From: Bacteroidales bacterium
Lineage (GTDB): Bacteria > Bacteroidota > Bacteroidia > Bacteroidales > JAGOPY01
DNA: 64,000 bases
Direction of reading: 5' to 3'
NCBI GenBank assembly: GCA_017991835.1
Contig: JAGOPY010000001.1
Location: 147,892 to 211,891 of the forward strand
Under the pieces are notes generated by a model, which ran no database searches, was not told where the DNA came from, and was given only the letters and a program-made list of their open reading frames with translations. Positions 56,030 through 64,000 of the stretch are shown one piece after another. Position 1 is the first letter of the stretch. Each line of letters opens with the position of its first letter. The translations under genes were made by a program, and so were the position numbers.

Positions 56030-57094
56030 ATGAAATTTTTAAGATCACTTCCGGCAATTGTACTATCCGTATTCATCCTTGCAGGATGCGGATCCATGGA
56101 AGGAGAGAAAAAAAATGAATCATCGGCCGCTTCAGCCTCCGCTATTAAAATAGAGAAAGTTAAGGTTATGGCGCTGGAACCGGTAACGATCGGGAAAAAT
56201 ATCGAATACACCTCAACGCTGAAAGCCTTCGAAGAGGTGCACCTGGTGCCTTCCACCCCGGGCCGGATTGAGAAGATTTATGTCGAAGTCGGAAGCCGTG
56301 TCAGTAAAGGGGATGTGCTGGTGCAAATGGACCAAACGCAGCTGAGGCAGGCGATCATCCAATTGCAGACACTGGAAACCGATTACAAACGGCTCGATAC
56401 ACTGCAGAAAGTAGGCAGTATTACCCGCCAGCAATTCGACCAGATCAGCGCCCAGGTGGAGATTGCCCGCAACAATGTGGAATTTCTCAAGGAAAATACC
56501 CGGCTCGTAGCTCCTTTCGGGGGCATTATCTCCGGTAAATATTTCGAAGATGGCGAAATGTATTCGGGTGCGCCGAACACCACTGCGGGCAAAGCGGCCA
56601 TCCTTTCGATCGTGCAGATCAATCCGCTCAAGGCCATCGTCAATATCCCCGAGACTTACTTCCCGGCTGTCGGCGAAGGGATGAAAACTCGCGTGCTCAG
56701 CGACCTTTACCGCGACCAGGAATATGCCGGCCAGATCATGCGCAAATACCCGACCATCGATCCGAATACACATTCCTTCCAGGCCGAGATCAGGATCGAA
56801 AACCCGGGAGAAAAACTCCGCCCGGGAATGTTCTGCCGCGTCGAACTGGGCTTCGGCGAGATCGAAGCGCTGGTAGTCCCCGCCCTGGCCGTCCTTAAAA
56901 TGCAGGGATCCAACGAGCGTTACATCTTCCTGGCCGACCAGGGTAAAGCCAAAAGGGTATCCGTGACGATCGGCCAGCGCTTCGACGACAAAGTGGAGAT
57001 CATCTCCAATGAGCTGAAAGTCGGGGATCAGCTCATCATCGCCGGCCAGTCGAGGCTGGTCGACCAGGTACCGGTCGAAATCGTCATCGAATAA
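56030..57094 (+). CDS. efflux RND transporter periplasmic adaptor subunit
   Basis: Lipoprotein signal (LAGCG), HlyD/MFP-like lipoyl and hairpin segments. Sits between the TolC and RND genes. Confidence 0.85.
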   Translation: MKFLRSLPAIVLSVFILAGCGSMEGEKKNESSAASASAIKIEKVKVMALEPVTIGKNIEYTSTLKAFEEVHLVPSTPGRIEKIYVEVGSRVSKGDVLVQMDQTQLRQAIIQLQTLETDYKRLDTLQKVGSITRQQFDQISAQVEIARNNVEFLKENTRLVAPFGGIISGKYFEDGEMYSGAPNTTAGKAAILSIVQINPLKAIVNIPETYFPAVGEGMKTRVLSDLYRDQEYAGQIMRKYPTIDPNTHSFQAEIRIENPGEKLRPGMFCRVELGFGEIEALVVPALAVLKMQGSNERYIFLADQGKAKRVSVTIGQRFDDKVEIISNELKVGDQLIIAGQSRLVDQVPVEIVIE

Positions 57095-57136
57095 TCATTT
57101 AAAAAGTAATCCGATTAACTTTTTAAGATCAATACA

Positions 57137-60100
57137 ATGAGTATTTATAAAAGCGCTGTCAACAAACCCATTACCACCGTCATGATATTCACGGCGGTCG
57201 TAGTGCTCGGGTTATACTCGCTCATTAATATACCGATCGATCTGTATCCCGAGATCGAACCGCCCTATATCAGCATCATGACCACCTACGCAGGGGCCAA
57301 TGCCGCGGATATCGAAACCAACATCACCAAGCCGATCGAAGACGCGCTCAACTCCGTCGATAAGCTGAAAGAGGTGACTTCGGTTTCTTATGATAACCTC
57401 TCACTGGTCAGTATGGAATTTGAATGGGGTTCCAACCTCGATGAAGTACTTAACGATGTAAGATCGGTGATCGATGGCGTTTACAATTATCTGCCCGACG
57501 GGTGCGACAGGCCGTCCATCTTCAAGTTCAGTACCAGTATGATGCCGATCTTGTTCTATGCCATCACGGCTGAAGAAAGCTATCCCGGCCTCGAAAAGAT
57601 CATCGAGGAAAAACTGGTCAATCCGCTTAACAGGATCGAAGGGATCGGCTCCATCACCACGATGGGTTCGCCAAAACGTATCATTTACATCGATGTCGAT
57701 CCCCGGAAACTGGATGCTTATGCCCTGAGCCTCGAACAGATCGGTAACACCATCGCAGCCGAGAACCTGAATATGCCTTCAGGGAATGTCAAGATGGGAA
57801 AATTCGATTACCAGCTCAGGGTGGAAGGTGAGTTTGAAGAAAGCGATCATATCAGGGAAATCATCGTCGGTAATATCGGCGGGAAAGCGGTTTACCTGAA
57901 AGATATCGCTACTGTCAGGGATACACTCAAGTATGGTTTTATTGATGAGAAGATCAATGGTAAACAGGGAATGCGCCTCCTGGTCATGAAACAATCGGGA
58001 GCCAATACAGTAAGTATCGCCCGGGATGTTCATGCGAAAATGGATGAGTTGGTAAAAACTTTGCCGCCCGATATCAGTGTAAACCCGATATTCGACAGCT
58101 CCGACTTTATCAAAGGATCCATCGACAACCTGTCGGAAACCCTGATGTGGGCTTTTCTTTTCGTTATCCTGATCGTCTTGTTCTTCCTGGGCCGCTGGAG
58201 GGCAACATTGATCATTATCCTGACCATCCCGATCTCGCTGGTGGTCTCCTTTATCTATCTCTACTTTACCGGCAGTTCGCTGAACGTGATCTCACTCTCC
58301 TCGCTATCGATCGCAATCGGAATGGTGGTCGATGATGCGATCGTGGTCCTCGAAAACATCACCAAGCATATCGAAAGGGGATCCAGCCCGCGGGAAGCAG
58401 CCATTTATGCCACCAACGAAGTGTGGCTGGCCGTCATTATCACCACCCTTGTCATCGTTGCCGTATTCCTTCCCCTGACCATGGTCGGCGGTATGACCGG
58501 CGTGATGTTCAACGAACTGGGATGGATCGTCACCATAACCATTGTGACCTCAACCCTCGTTGCCATCACGCTGACTCCCATGCTCTCCTCGAAATTGCTG
58601 AAAACATGGATACCGAAAGAAAAGTCAATGAATTCAGCTTATGATAAAACCATCCGAAAGGGTCTCGACAAACTGGATAATTTTTATGAGAGAACCATCC
58701 GTTGGGCCCTGCACCATAAAAGCCTGGTCATTATCGTAAGCCTGGCCATATTTATCGGGAGCCTCGTCCTGGGTGCGTTTTTTGTAAAAACCGATTTTAT
58801 GCCGGAAAGCGACGAGAGCAGAATGACCGTCTCTATCGAACTGCAAACAGGCTTGAGAATGGAAGAATCGAAGATCACGGCAGAAAAGGTCGAGAAGATC
58901 ATCCGGGAGCGTTATCCCGAAATTACGATCATTTCGAATTCGACCGGCGCCGACGACGAAGGTAATTTCTTCTCCCTCTTCAGGCCTACGGGGTCGAACC
59001 GGATCAACCTGATGATGCGATTGGCACCGGTGACCGAGCGCAGCCGTTCCGTGTTTGAGATTGCTGACGACTTCCGCAACCAGCTCGATCAGATTGCCGA
59101 GGTGGTCAATTACGATATTGCCACTTCGAACAACATGATGGGCGGCGGATCCAATACCGTTGATGTGGAAATCTTCGGGTACGATTTCAATGAAACGAAC
59201 CGGATTGCCGATGAGATAAAGACACGGATCAGCCGGATACCCGGCGCCAAAGACGTTTCGTTGAGCCGGGAGAAGGACCGTCCGGAACTGCAGATCGTGC
59301 TCGACAGGGAAAAACTGGCCATGAACGGGTTGAACAGCGCGTTGGTGTCGACTTACATCCGGAACCGGGTGGATGGGATGACCGCTTCCAAATTCAGGGA
59401 GGAAGGCGATGAATACAATATTGAGCTGCGGTACCAGGAAGATTACAGGAATTCGATCACCGACCTGGAGGAGATCACTATCATGAATCCTGCAGGGCAA
59501 AGGATAAAACTTAAAGAACTGGGAGAAGTGAAGGAGTACTGGTCGCCGCCGAATATCGAGCATAAACGACGGGAGAGGATTGCCAAAGTATCCGTCAAAC
59601 CGGTCGGGGTGTCGTTGGGAGAGCTTGCTGAAAGCATCAGGAAAGAAGTTGCTTCGGTCGAAGTTCCTCCGGAGATCATGATCAATGTGGGAGGCGCCTA
59701 TGAAGACCAGATGGAAGGCTTCCAGGATATCGGTTTGCTGATGATCATGAGTCTTGTGCTGGTATTTATTGTCATGGCGTCACAATTTGAATCGTTTGCC
59801 ATGCCATTTGTTATCATGTTTTCGATACCGTTTGCCTTCACGGGCGTAGTGCTGAGCCTGTTCCTGACCAACACCACCCTCAGCCTGATCGCCGCTCTCG
59901 GGGCTGTCTTGCTGATCGGGATTGTGGTGAAGAACGGCATTGTGCTGGTGGATTTCATCAATCTGATGCGCGATAGGGGATTTGAGTTGTACGAAGCGAT
60001 TGCCCGGGCCGGGCATTCCCGGTTGCGCCCGGTATTGATGACTGCCGGCACCACTATCCTTGGGATGCTTCCCTTGGCGCTGAGCAAGGGTGAAGGATCG

Positions 60101-60262
60101 GAGATCTGGACCCCGATGGGGATCACCGTGATCGGGGGACTGGTCATTTCCACGATTGTTACGATGGTGATCGTCCCGGTCATGTACGCCATACTTGCCC
60201 GACGGGGTGAGCGTGATAAAAAGACCAGGCTAAGGAAGCGGTTTTTATTCATGGACAAATAA
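57137..60262 (+). CDS. efflux RND transporter permease (AcrB/HAE1-like)
   Basis: 1041 aa, 12-TM AcrB architecture. Motifs include SIAIGMVVDDAIVVLENI and GIVVKNGIVLVDF. Confidence 0.9.
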   Translation: MSIYKSAVNKPITTVMIFTAVVVLGLYSLINIPIDLYPEIEPPYISIMTTYAGANAADIETNITKPIEDALNSVDKLKEVTSVSYDNLSLVSMEFEWGSNLDEVLNDVRSVIDGVYNYLPDGCDRPSIFKFSTSMMPILFYAITAEESYPGLEKIIEEKLVNPLNRIEGIGSITTMGSPKRIIYIDVDPRKLDAYALSLEQIGNTIAAENLNMPSGNVKMGKFDYQLRVEGEFEESDHIREIIVGNIGGKAVYLKDIATVRDTLKYGFIDEKINGKQGMRLLVMKQSGANTVSIARDVHAKMDELVKTLPPDISVNPIFDSSDFIKGSIDNLSETLMWAFLFVILIVLFFLGRWRATLIIILTIPISLVVSFIYLYFTGSSLNVISLSSLSIAIGMVVDDAIVVLENITKHIERGSSPREAAIYATNEVWLAVIITTLVIVAVFLPLTMVGGMTGVMFNELGWIVTITIVTSTLVAITLTPMLSSKLLKTWIPKEKSMNSAYDKTIRKGLDKLDNFYERTIRWALHHKSLVIIVSLAIFIGSLVLGAFFVKTDFMPESDESRMTVSIELQTGLRMEESKITAEKVEKIIRERYPEITIISNSTGADDEGNFFSLFRPTGSNRINLMMRLAPVTERSRSVFEIADDFRNQLDQIAEVVNYDIATSNNMMGGGSNTVDVEIFGYDFNETNRIADEIKTRISRIPGAKDVSLSREKDRPELQIVLDREKLAMNGLNSALVSTYIRNRVDGMTASKFREEGDEYNIELRYQEDYRNSITDLEEITIMNPAGQRIKLKELGEVKEYWSPPNIEHKRRERIAKVSVKPVGVSLGELAESIRKEVASVEVPPEIMINVGGAYEDQMEGFQDIGLLMIMSLVLVFIVMASQFESFAMPFVIMFSIPFAFTGVVLSLFLTNTTLSLIAALGAVLLIGIVVKNGIVLVDFINLMRDRGFELYEAIARAGHSRLRPVLMTAGTTILGMLPLALSKGEGSEIWTPMGITVIGGLVISTIVTMVIVPVMYAILARRGERDKKTRLRKRFLFMDK

Positions 60263-60273
60263 GAAATAGAAAG

Positions 60274-60567
60274 ATGAAAGCGGTATTTATCGTATTTAAT
60301 CAGGCCCATACCGAGAGGGTGGAATACTTGTTCGACAGGCTGGAGATTCGCGGATACACCTGGTGGACCGATGTCCATGGAAGGGGATCGGTGTCAGGAG
60401 AGCCGAGGATGGGCACCCATACCTGGCCGGAAATCAATTCGGCAGCTATGGCCATTGTGGATGACAATGCAGTAGATGAGATCCTGGAAAAAGTCAGGAG
60501 GATCGATGAAATCAACCGGGAAGTGGGAATTCGTGCCTTTGTATGGGATATTCTGAAATCGGTCTGA
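60274..60567 (+). CDS. small PII-like transporter-associated protein
   Basis: 97 aa, starts 11 nt after the RND stop. The beta-alpha-beta pattern (MKAVFIVFNQAHTERVEYLFDRLEIRGYT...) is reminiscent of the PII-like/PG0541-type proteins found next to RND pumps (from memory). Confidence 0.5.
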   Translation: MKAVFIVFNQAHTERVEYLFDRLEIRGYTWWTDVHGRGSVSGEPRMGTHTWPEINSAAMAIVDDNAVDEILEKVRRIDEINREVGIRAFVWDILKSV

Positions 60568-60605
60568 TCATTCGGGAAACAAAACGATTGATATTGTTTC
60601 ATCTA

Positions 60606-60621
60606 ATTAACAATTGTTAAT
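60606..60621. promoter_or_regulatory. perfect 16-bp palindrome ATTAACAATTGTTAAT (candidate operator), copy A
   Basis: Perfect dyad read directly from the sequence. It lies about 80 bp upstream of the -7 box. It is conserved exactly in copy B, while the spacer between it and the promoter has diverged. Confidence 0.5.
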
Positions 60622-60663
60622 AACGGGTGTGATTAACTTGTGGATTGTGAAACATAAAATGGC

Positions 60664-60695
60664 TTGACTTACCCCCCTGTTTCGTTTTACTTTTG
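60664..60695 (+). promoter_or_regulatory. Bacteroidetes-type promoter (-33 TTG, -7 TACTTTTG) for ncRNA copy A
   Basis: TACTTTTG at 60688-60695 matches the TAnnTTTG consensus. TTG at 60664-60666 lies roughly 21 bp upstream. Confidence 0.45.
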
Positions 60696-60699
60696 TTTC

Positions 60700-61075
60700 A
60701 TCAGGTCAGCGATAAAAGACTGGCAAAGGCAGGCAGGATGGAGACGACGCTGAGTCCGCAAGGAGGAGGCAGAGTTCAAAGTCCGCCCCGGACACCGGAG
60801 GCCGAAAGGCGGAGGGGAGCGAGGGGGAGCAAAGACCGGACAACGCCGAAAGGCAGCGCGAGGGAAGGCCGGCCGCCAAAGCCGGGAGCCACGGAAGCTA
60901 AATCCGCCGAAAGACGGACACGCGGAAGGGAACCCGACAAAGAGGAGAAGGAACCGAAAGGAACCGGAACCAAAGGTTAGTCAAAATAACAGTAGCCTGG
61001 CGCAAACCGCAAGCTTCGGCAAACGGCAAGCGAACGGGGATCGATCCGGCGAGGTTCGGTCCCCGTTGTGTTTTT
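60700..61075 (+). ncRNA. candidate structured/purine-rich ncRNA, copy A (family unknown)
   Basis: Bounded by a TAnnTTTG-type -7 box (TACTTTTG, 60688-60695) and an intrinsic terminator (61033-61075). It is much more G+A-rich than the flanks. Local hairpins include TCAGCG/CGCTGA, GTCCG-ccc-CGGAC, several GAAA-capped stems and CGC-aaa-CCG-caa-GC-UUCG-GC-aaa-CGG-caa-GCG. The 5' end is estimated, not mapped. Confidence 0.55.
61033..61075 (+). terminator. intrinsic terminator of ncRNA copy A
   Basis: AACGGGGA (61033-61040) pairs with TCCCCGTT (61060-61067), with an inner CCG/CGG stem. Followed by GTGTTTTT. Confidence 0.65.
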
Positions 61076-61089
61076 AATCAGTTTAAGAT

Positions 61090-61105
61090 ATTAACAATTG
61101 TTAAT
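61090..61105. promoter_or_regulatory. perfect 16-bp palindrome ATTAACAATTGTTAAT, copy B
   Basis: Identical to 60606-60621, offset 484 bp. Confidence 0.5.
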
Positions 61106-61147
61106 AATAGCTGTGAGAAACTTGTGGATTGAGAAAAGTAAAACGGC

Positions 61148-61179
61148 TTGACTTACCCCCCTGTTTCGTTTTACTTTTG
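61148..61179 (+). promoter_or_regulatory. Bacteroidetes-type promoter for ncRNA copy B
   Basis: Sequence identical to 60664-60695. Confidence 0.45.
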
Positions 61180-61183
61180 TTTC

Positions 61184-61560
61184 ATCAGGTCAGCGATAAA
61201 AGACTGGCAAAGGCAGGCAGGATGGAGACGACGCTGAGTCCGCAAGGAGGAGGCAGAGTTCAAAGTCCGCCCCGGACACCGGAGGCCGAAAGGTCGAAGG
61301 GAGCGAGGGGGAGCAATGACCGGACAACGCCGAAAGGCAGCGCGAGGGAAGGCCGGCCGCCAAAGCCGGGAGCCAGGGAGGCTAAACGCGTCGAAAGACG
61401 GGCACGCCGAAGGGAACCCGACAAAGAGGAGAAGGAACCGAAAGGAACCGGAACCAAAGGTTAGTCAAAATAACAGTAGCCTGACGCAAACCGCACGCTT
61501 CGGCAAACGGCAAGCGAACGGGGATCGATCCGGCAAGGTTCGGTCCCCGTTGTGTTATTG
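61184..61560 (+). ncRNA. candidate structured/purine-rich ncRNA, copy B
   Basis: Second copy, offset by exactly 484 bp. The first ~110 nt of the predicted RNA (and the promoter upstream) are identical to copy A. Later differences include a T-A to C-G swap across the GAAA-capped stem (60920/60935 vs 61404/61419). Confidence 0.55.
61517..61560 (+). terminator. intrinsic terminator of ncRNA copy B (weaker U-tail)
   Basis: Same stem (61517-61524 / 61544-61551). The only change is in the loop (G to A). The tail GTGTTATTG is less U-rich. Confidence 0.5.
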
Positions 61561-61583
61561 ATAATATCCTCCGTTTAATTGTA

Positions 61584-61602
61584 TAAAATCCACGTAGTGG
61601 AT
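61584..61602 (-). terminator. candidate intrinsic terminator of dnaG
   Basis: On the minus strand: ATCCAC-tac-GTGGAT hairpin followed by TTTTAT, about 25 nt after the dnaG stop. Confidence 0.45.
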
Positions 61603-61625
61603 ACAGTACGGAAGACCCGCTTTGA

Positions 61626-63563
61626 TTATTTAGTGATTATTCTGCCTAATTTTTGATTAATTTTTATACTGATTTCTTTATAATTCTTATGCCTGGTCTG
61701 TAAAAGCATTATATCTTCCTCACTTGCTGTGACTTTTATTTCTTGCAGAATTTCATTGATCATCCTGTCTATTGTCTTTTCTTTAAACGAAAGTAAAGTT
61801 GACTCAACCGCAAAAAGCAGCTTCTCTTTTTCAGAGTTAACTAAAATTCTTTTTTTTAACCAATTTTCGCTCAACTCATACCGACTACTTAAAATAGTAA
61901 TGACCTCACTAATAAGTTCTTGATCCTGGCCGTCATTGATTAACAATTTTTCATCAGGCTCATTGCCTTCAAGCAACGCCAAATTATACAAATCAAAAAT
62001 CTTTTGATATACTGGATTTGCAAATTTCAAATCATCCTTGTTGACCTCTTCAGTAATATATCTTGCCACACTGATCTTTTGAGCCAATTCATCCTGTTCA
62101 TTAATCTCAATATCATAATTGGAATATAGTAATAACAATCTGATTAAATGATACTCCTGGGATTCTATTTCCTGATTCACCTGTTCTACCTGCCTCGGCG
62201 CCGGCATCTCCGGAATATCCACCTCCTGCCTCGCCGCCTCCTGCTCCGCCTGCTTCCTGTTCTTCTGGTATAATATCTTGTTCAGCGACGACATGAGCAT
62301 CTGCTCCTGCACATCCATCAGCGTACTGCACTCCTTGATGTAGACCGAACGGTAAATCGGATCGGGTATCAGCGATATGCTCCCGACAATCTCTTTGATC
62401 AATCCGGCCCGCTTGATGGGATCATTGGCCGCTTCTTTCAGCAACAGGCTGGTCTTGAACCGGATAAAATCCTGCGCCCCGCCGGTGATCAGCTCCTCCA
62501 GCTCGGCCCGCCGGTGCTTCCGGGCATAAGAATCGGGATCTTCTCCATCCGGAAATAAAACGATCCTGACATTCATTCCCTGCTCCAGCACCATGTCGAT
62601 CCCCCGGAATGAAGCCTTGATCCCCGCCGGATCACCGTCGTACAAAATCGTGATATTCGGCGTGTAACGCTTGATCAGCCGTATCTGCTCCTCCGTGAGC
62701 GCCGTGCCCGATGAAGCCACCACGTTTTCAATCCCGGCCTGGTGCATCGAAATCACATCGGTATAACCCTCCACCAGGTAACAGTTGTCGAGCCGGATAA
62801 TGGCGCTCTTCGCAAAATAAAGGCCGTAAAGGGTCTGGCTCTTGCTGTATATCTCCGATTCGATCGAATTGACATACTTCGGGACGTGGTCGTCCTTCAG
62901 CAAGGTCCGCCCGCCAAAACCCAGAATCCGACCGGTTATGTTGTGGATCGGGAAAATGACCCGGCCCCTGAAACGGTCATAACTCCGGCCGTCTTTCGTG
63001 ATCGTCAGCCCTGTCTTTTCCAGGTACTCCAGTTTGTAGCCGTTCTCCAGGGCGTTCTTCGTGAATGCATCCCAGCTCTCTGGACTGTAACCCAGCTGGA
63101 ATTTTTTGATCGTGTCGGGCTTCAGGTCGCGGCTCTTGAAATATTCAAGCCCGATGGCTTTGCCGGCTTCCGTCTCATGCAGGTTTTGCATGAAGAAATT
63201 CATGGCAAACGCCGTCACCTGGAAAAGCGTTTCCCGTTCATTTTCAATCTGAACATCTTCAGGAGTAATCGAATCCTCCTCGATGGCTATGCCGTACTTT
63301 TTCGCCAGGTAGGTCAGTGCTTCGGGATAGGTGAAATGTTCGTGTTCCATCAGGAAATTCACCACATTTCCCCCCTTACCCGAACTGAAACATTTGAAGA
63401 TCCCCTTGGCCGGCGACACATAGAACGAAGGGTTGCGTTCGGCCGTAAACGGACTCAGCCCCTTGTAATTCTGCCCGCTTTTTTTGAGTTTGACAAATTC
63501 GCCGACAACCTCTTCAATACGGGCGTCTTCCAGAATACGCGCTATGGTTTGTTTGGAGATCAA
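61626..63563 (-). CDS. dnaG: DNA primase
   Basis: Zinc-ribbon region (FYVSPAKGIFKCFSSGKGGNVVNFL), RNA polymerase core, and TOPRIM (YLVEGYTDVISMHQAG...LYDGDPAG). Confidence 0.92.
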   Translation of the reverse strand: MISKQTIARILEDARIEEVVGEFVKLKKSGQNYKGLSPFTAERNPSFYVSPAKGIFKCFSSGKGGNVVNFLMEHEHFTYPEALTYLAKKYGIAIEEDSITPEDVQIENERETLFQVTAFAMNFFMQNLHETEAGKAIGLEYFKSRDLKPDTIKKFQLGYSPESWDAFTKNALENGYKLEYLEKTGLTITKDGRSYDRFRGRVIFPIHNITGRILGFGGRTLLKDDHVPKYVNSIESEIYSKSQTLYGLYFAKSAIIRLDNCYLVEGYTDVISMHQAGIENVVASSGTALTEEQIRLIKRYTPNITILYDGDPAGIKASFRGIDMVLEQGMNVRIVLFPDGEDPDSYARKHRRAELEELITGGAQDFIRFKTSLLLKEAANDPIKRAGLIKEIVGSISLIPDPIYRSVYIKECSTLMDVQEQMLMSSLNKILYQKNRKQAEQEAARQEVDIPEMPAPRQVEQVNQEIESQEYHLIRLLLLYSNYDIEINEQDELAQKISVARYITEEVNKDDLKFANPVYQKIFDLYNLALLEGNEPDEKLLINDGQDQELISEVITILSSRYELSENWLKKRILVNSEKEKLLFAVESTLLSFKEKTIDRMINEILQEIKVTASEEDIMLLQTRHKNYKEISIKINQKLGRIITK

Positions 63564-63630
63564 GGTTATTAATATGCTTTACAAAGATAATAATGCATTA
63601 GAGGGAAGGGGAAATTGTTGATAATATCTT

Positions 63631-63723
63631 GAGATGGCATCTCAAATCGATCGTCCAATCTTCTGTTTCGCTTGCCAGATAAACCATTCCTGATTTTAAT
63701 CAGATATTCTGAGATGCCATCTC
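63631..63723. repeat. pair of GAGATGSCATCTC palindromes 80 bp apart
   Basis: GAGATGGCATCTC at 63631-63643 and GAGATGCCATCTC at 63711-63723, in the divergent gap between dnaG and the last ORF. Confidence 0.8.
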
Positions 63724-63761
63724 AAAAAACAATAAATTAGCCCCTTAATTATAACCTACCC

Positions 63762-64000
63762 ATGACAGAAAACAATCTCATAATCCCCCAATCGCAGGAA
63801 CAGCTTGACAAAACACAGAAAGCCCGCCTGCTGATGGACTTTTTCCACCGTATCATGATCCACCATGCCATGTGGTTTGCAGAAGTGCAGCACCAATACG
63901 GTCTGGATATCGCCCTTGATGCCATGAAAGAGGCGTATGCCAAAAGTTCCGGCATCCAGCTGAACCGGCTGGCGAAAACGCTGGGATTTGAGATGCATGA
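63762..64000 (+). CDS. hypothetical protein (partial, runs off window end)
   Basis: ATG at 63762 opens a frame (MTENNLIIPQSQEQLDKTQKARLLMDFFHRIMIHHAMWFAEVQ...) that continues to the window edge. The two antisense track ORFs here are shorter shadows. Confidence 0.45.
   Translation, partial: MTENNLIIPQSQEQLDKTQKARLLMDFFHRIMIHHAMWFAEVQHQYGLDIALDAMKEAYAKSSGIQLNRLAKTLGFEMH

Larger units (their letters stand above)
60606..61562. repeat. 484-bp unit duplicated in direct tandem (x2)
   Basis: Landmarks (palindrome, GGCTTGACTT, terminator stem) recur at an exact +484 offset. The core is more than 95 percent identical by eye. Confidence 0.95.

Noticed and set aside
60700-61075. Whether the candidate RNA is RNase P RNA, tmRNA, SRP RNA or 6S RNA.
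   Set aside because: I did not see the conserved signatures: no GAGGAAAGTCC-type CR-I, no tRNA-like 3' end with a tag ORF, and no SRP GGAA/AGCA domain IV. The length does not fit either. This was judged by eye only and needs Infernal.
60693-61464. Track ORFs of 95 aa (60693..60980) and 111 aa (61129..61464) encoding Arg/Lys/Gly/Glu-rich low-complexity proteins inside the tandem unit.
   Set aside because: The TTG start lies inside the predicted -7 box. Eight of the nine codons that differ between the two copies change the amino acid. The sequence ends in structured hairpins plus a terminator. An internal ATG (60738) could still give an 81-aa basic peptide, so coding is not fully excluded.

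Overview
The window looks like a Bacteroidota chromosomal segment. Evidence: five proteins end in T9SS C-terminal sorting domains, a TonB-dependent receptor has a CarboxypepD_reg-type N-terminus, and TAnnTTTG-type -7 boxes are present. I support about 46 protein-coding genes and found no rRNA, tRNA, CRISPR array, transposase or integrase.

Gene content, in order:
- A secreted/OM cluster with FGE-like and OmpA-family proteins.
- An acyl-CoA dehydrogenase-etfBA unit, interrupted by a four-helix-bundle gene.
- An AlkD-like DNA repair gene.
- An AT-rich type III-like R-M island ordered mod, Bro-N/DinD-like gene, res.
- A heme-type TonB-dependent receptor.
- A roughly 20 kb stretch rich in T9SS cargo genes.
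- menA and ubiE/menG.
- A CPBP protease, an MscS channel, an aromatic amino-acid decarboxylase, GH97 and a transglutaminase-like protein.
- rnc-fabF-acpP, then purN.
- A frameshifted TetR gene ahead of a TolC/MFP/RND efflux operon with a PII-like small gene.
- dnaG.

The most unusual content is non-coding:
1. A 484-bp unit is duplicated in tandem at 60606-61562. Each copy has a perfect 16-bp palindrome, a Bacteroidetes-type promoter, a purine-rich GNRA-hairpin-rich candidate RNA of about 375 nt, and an intrinsic terminator. I could not assign it to any RNA family I know.
2. A 13-bp dyad motif (GAGATGSCATCTC / GAGACTCCATCTC) occurs about 27 times. It often forms 21-bp phased direct arrays closed by inverted copies. 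These arrays bracket T9SS cargo genes, and some motif copies overlap start or stop codons.
3. Heptamer/octamer tandem arrays fill many intergenic gaps between housekeeping genes. Several share GAAC/GTTC-core words in both orientations.

All functional calls come from motif recognition by eye. No database search was run.
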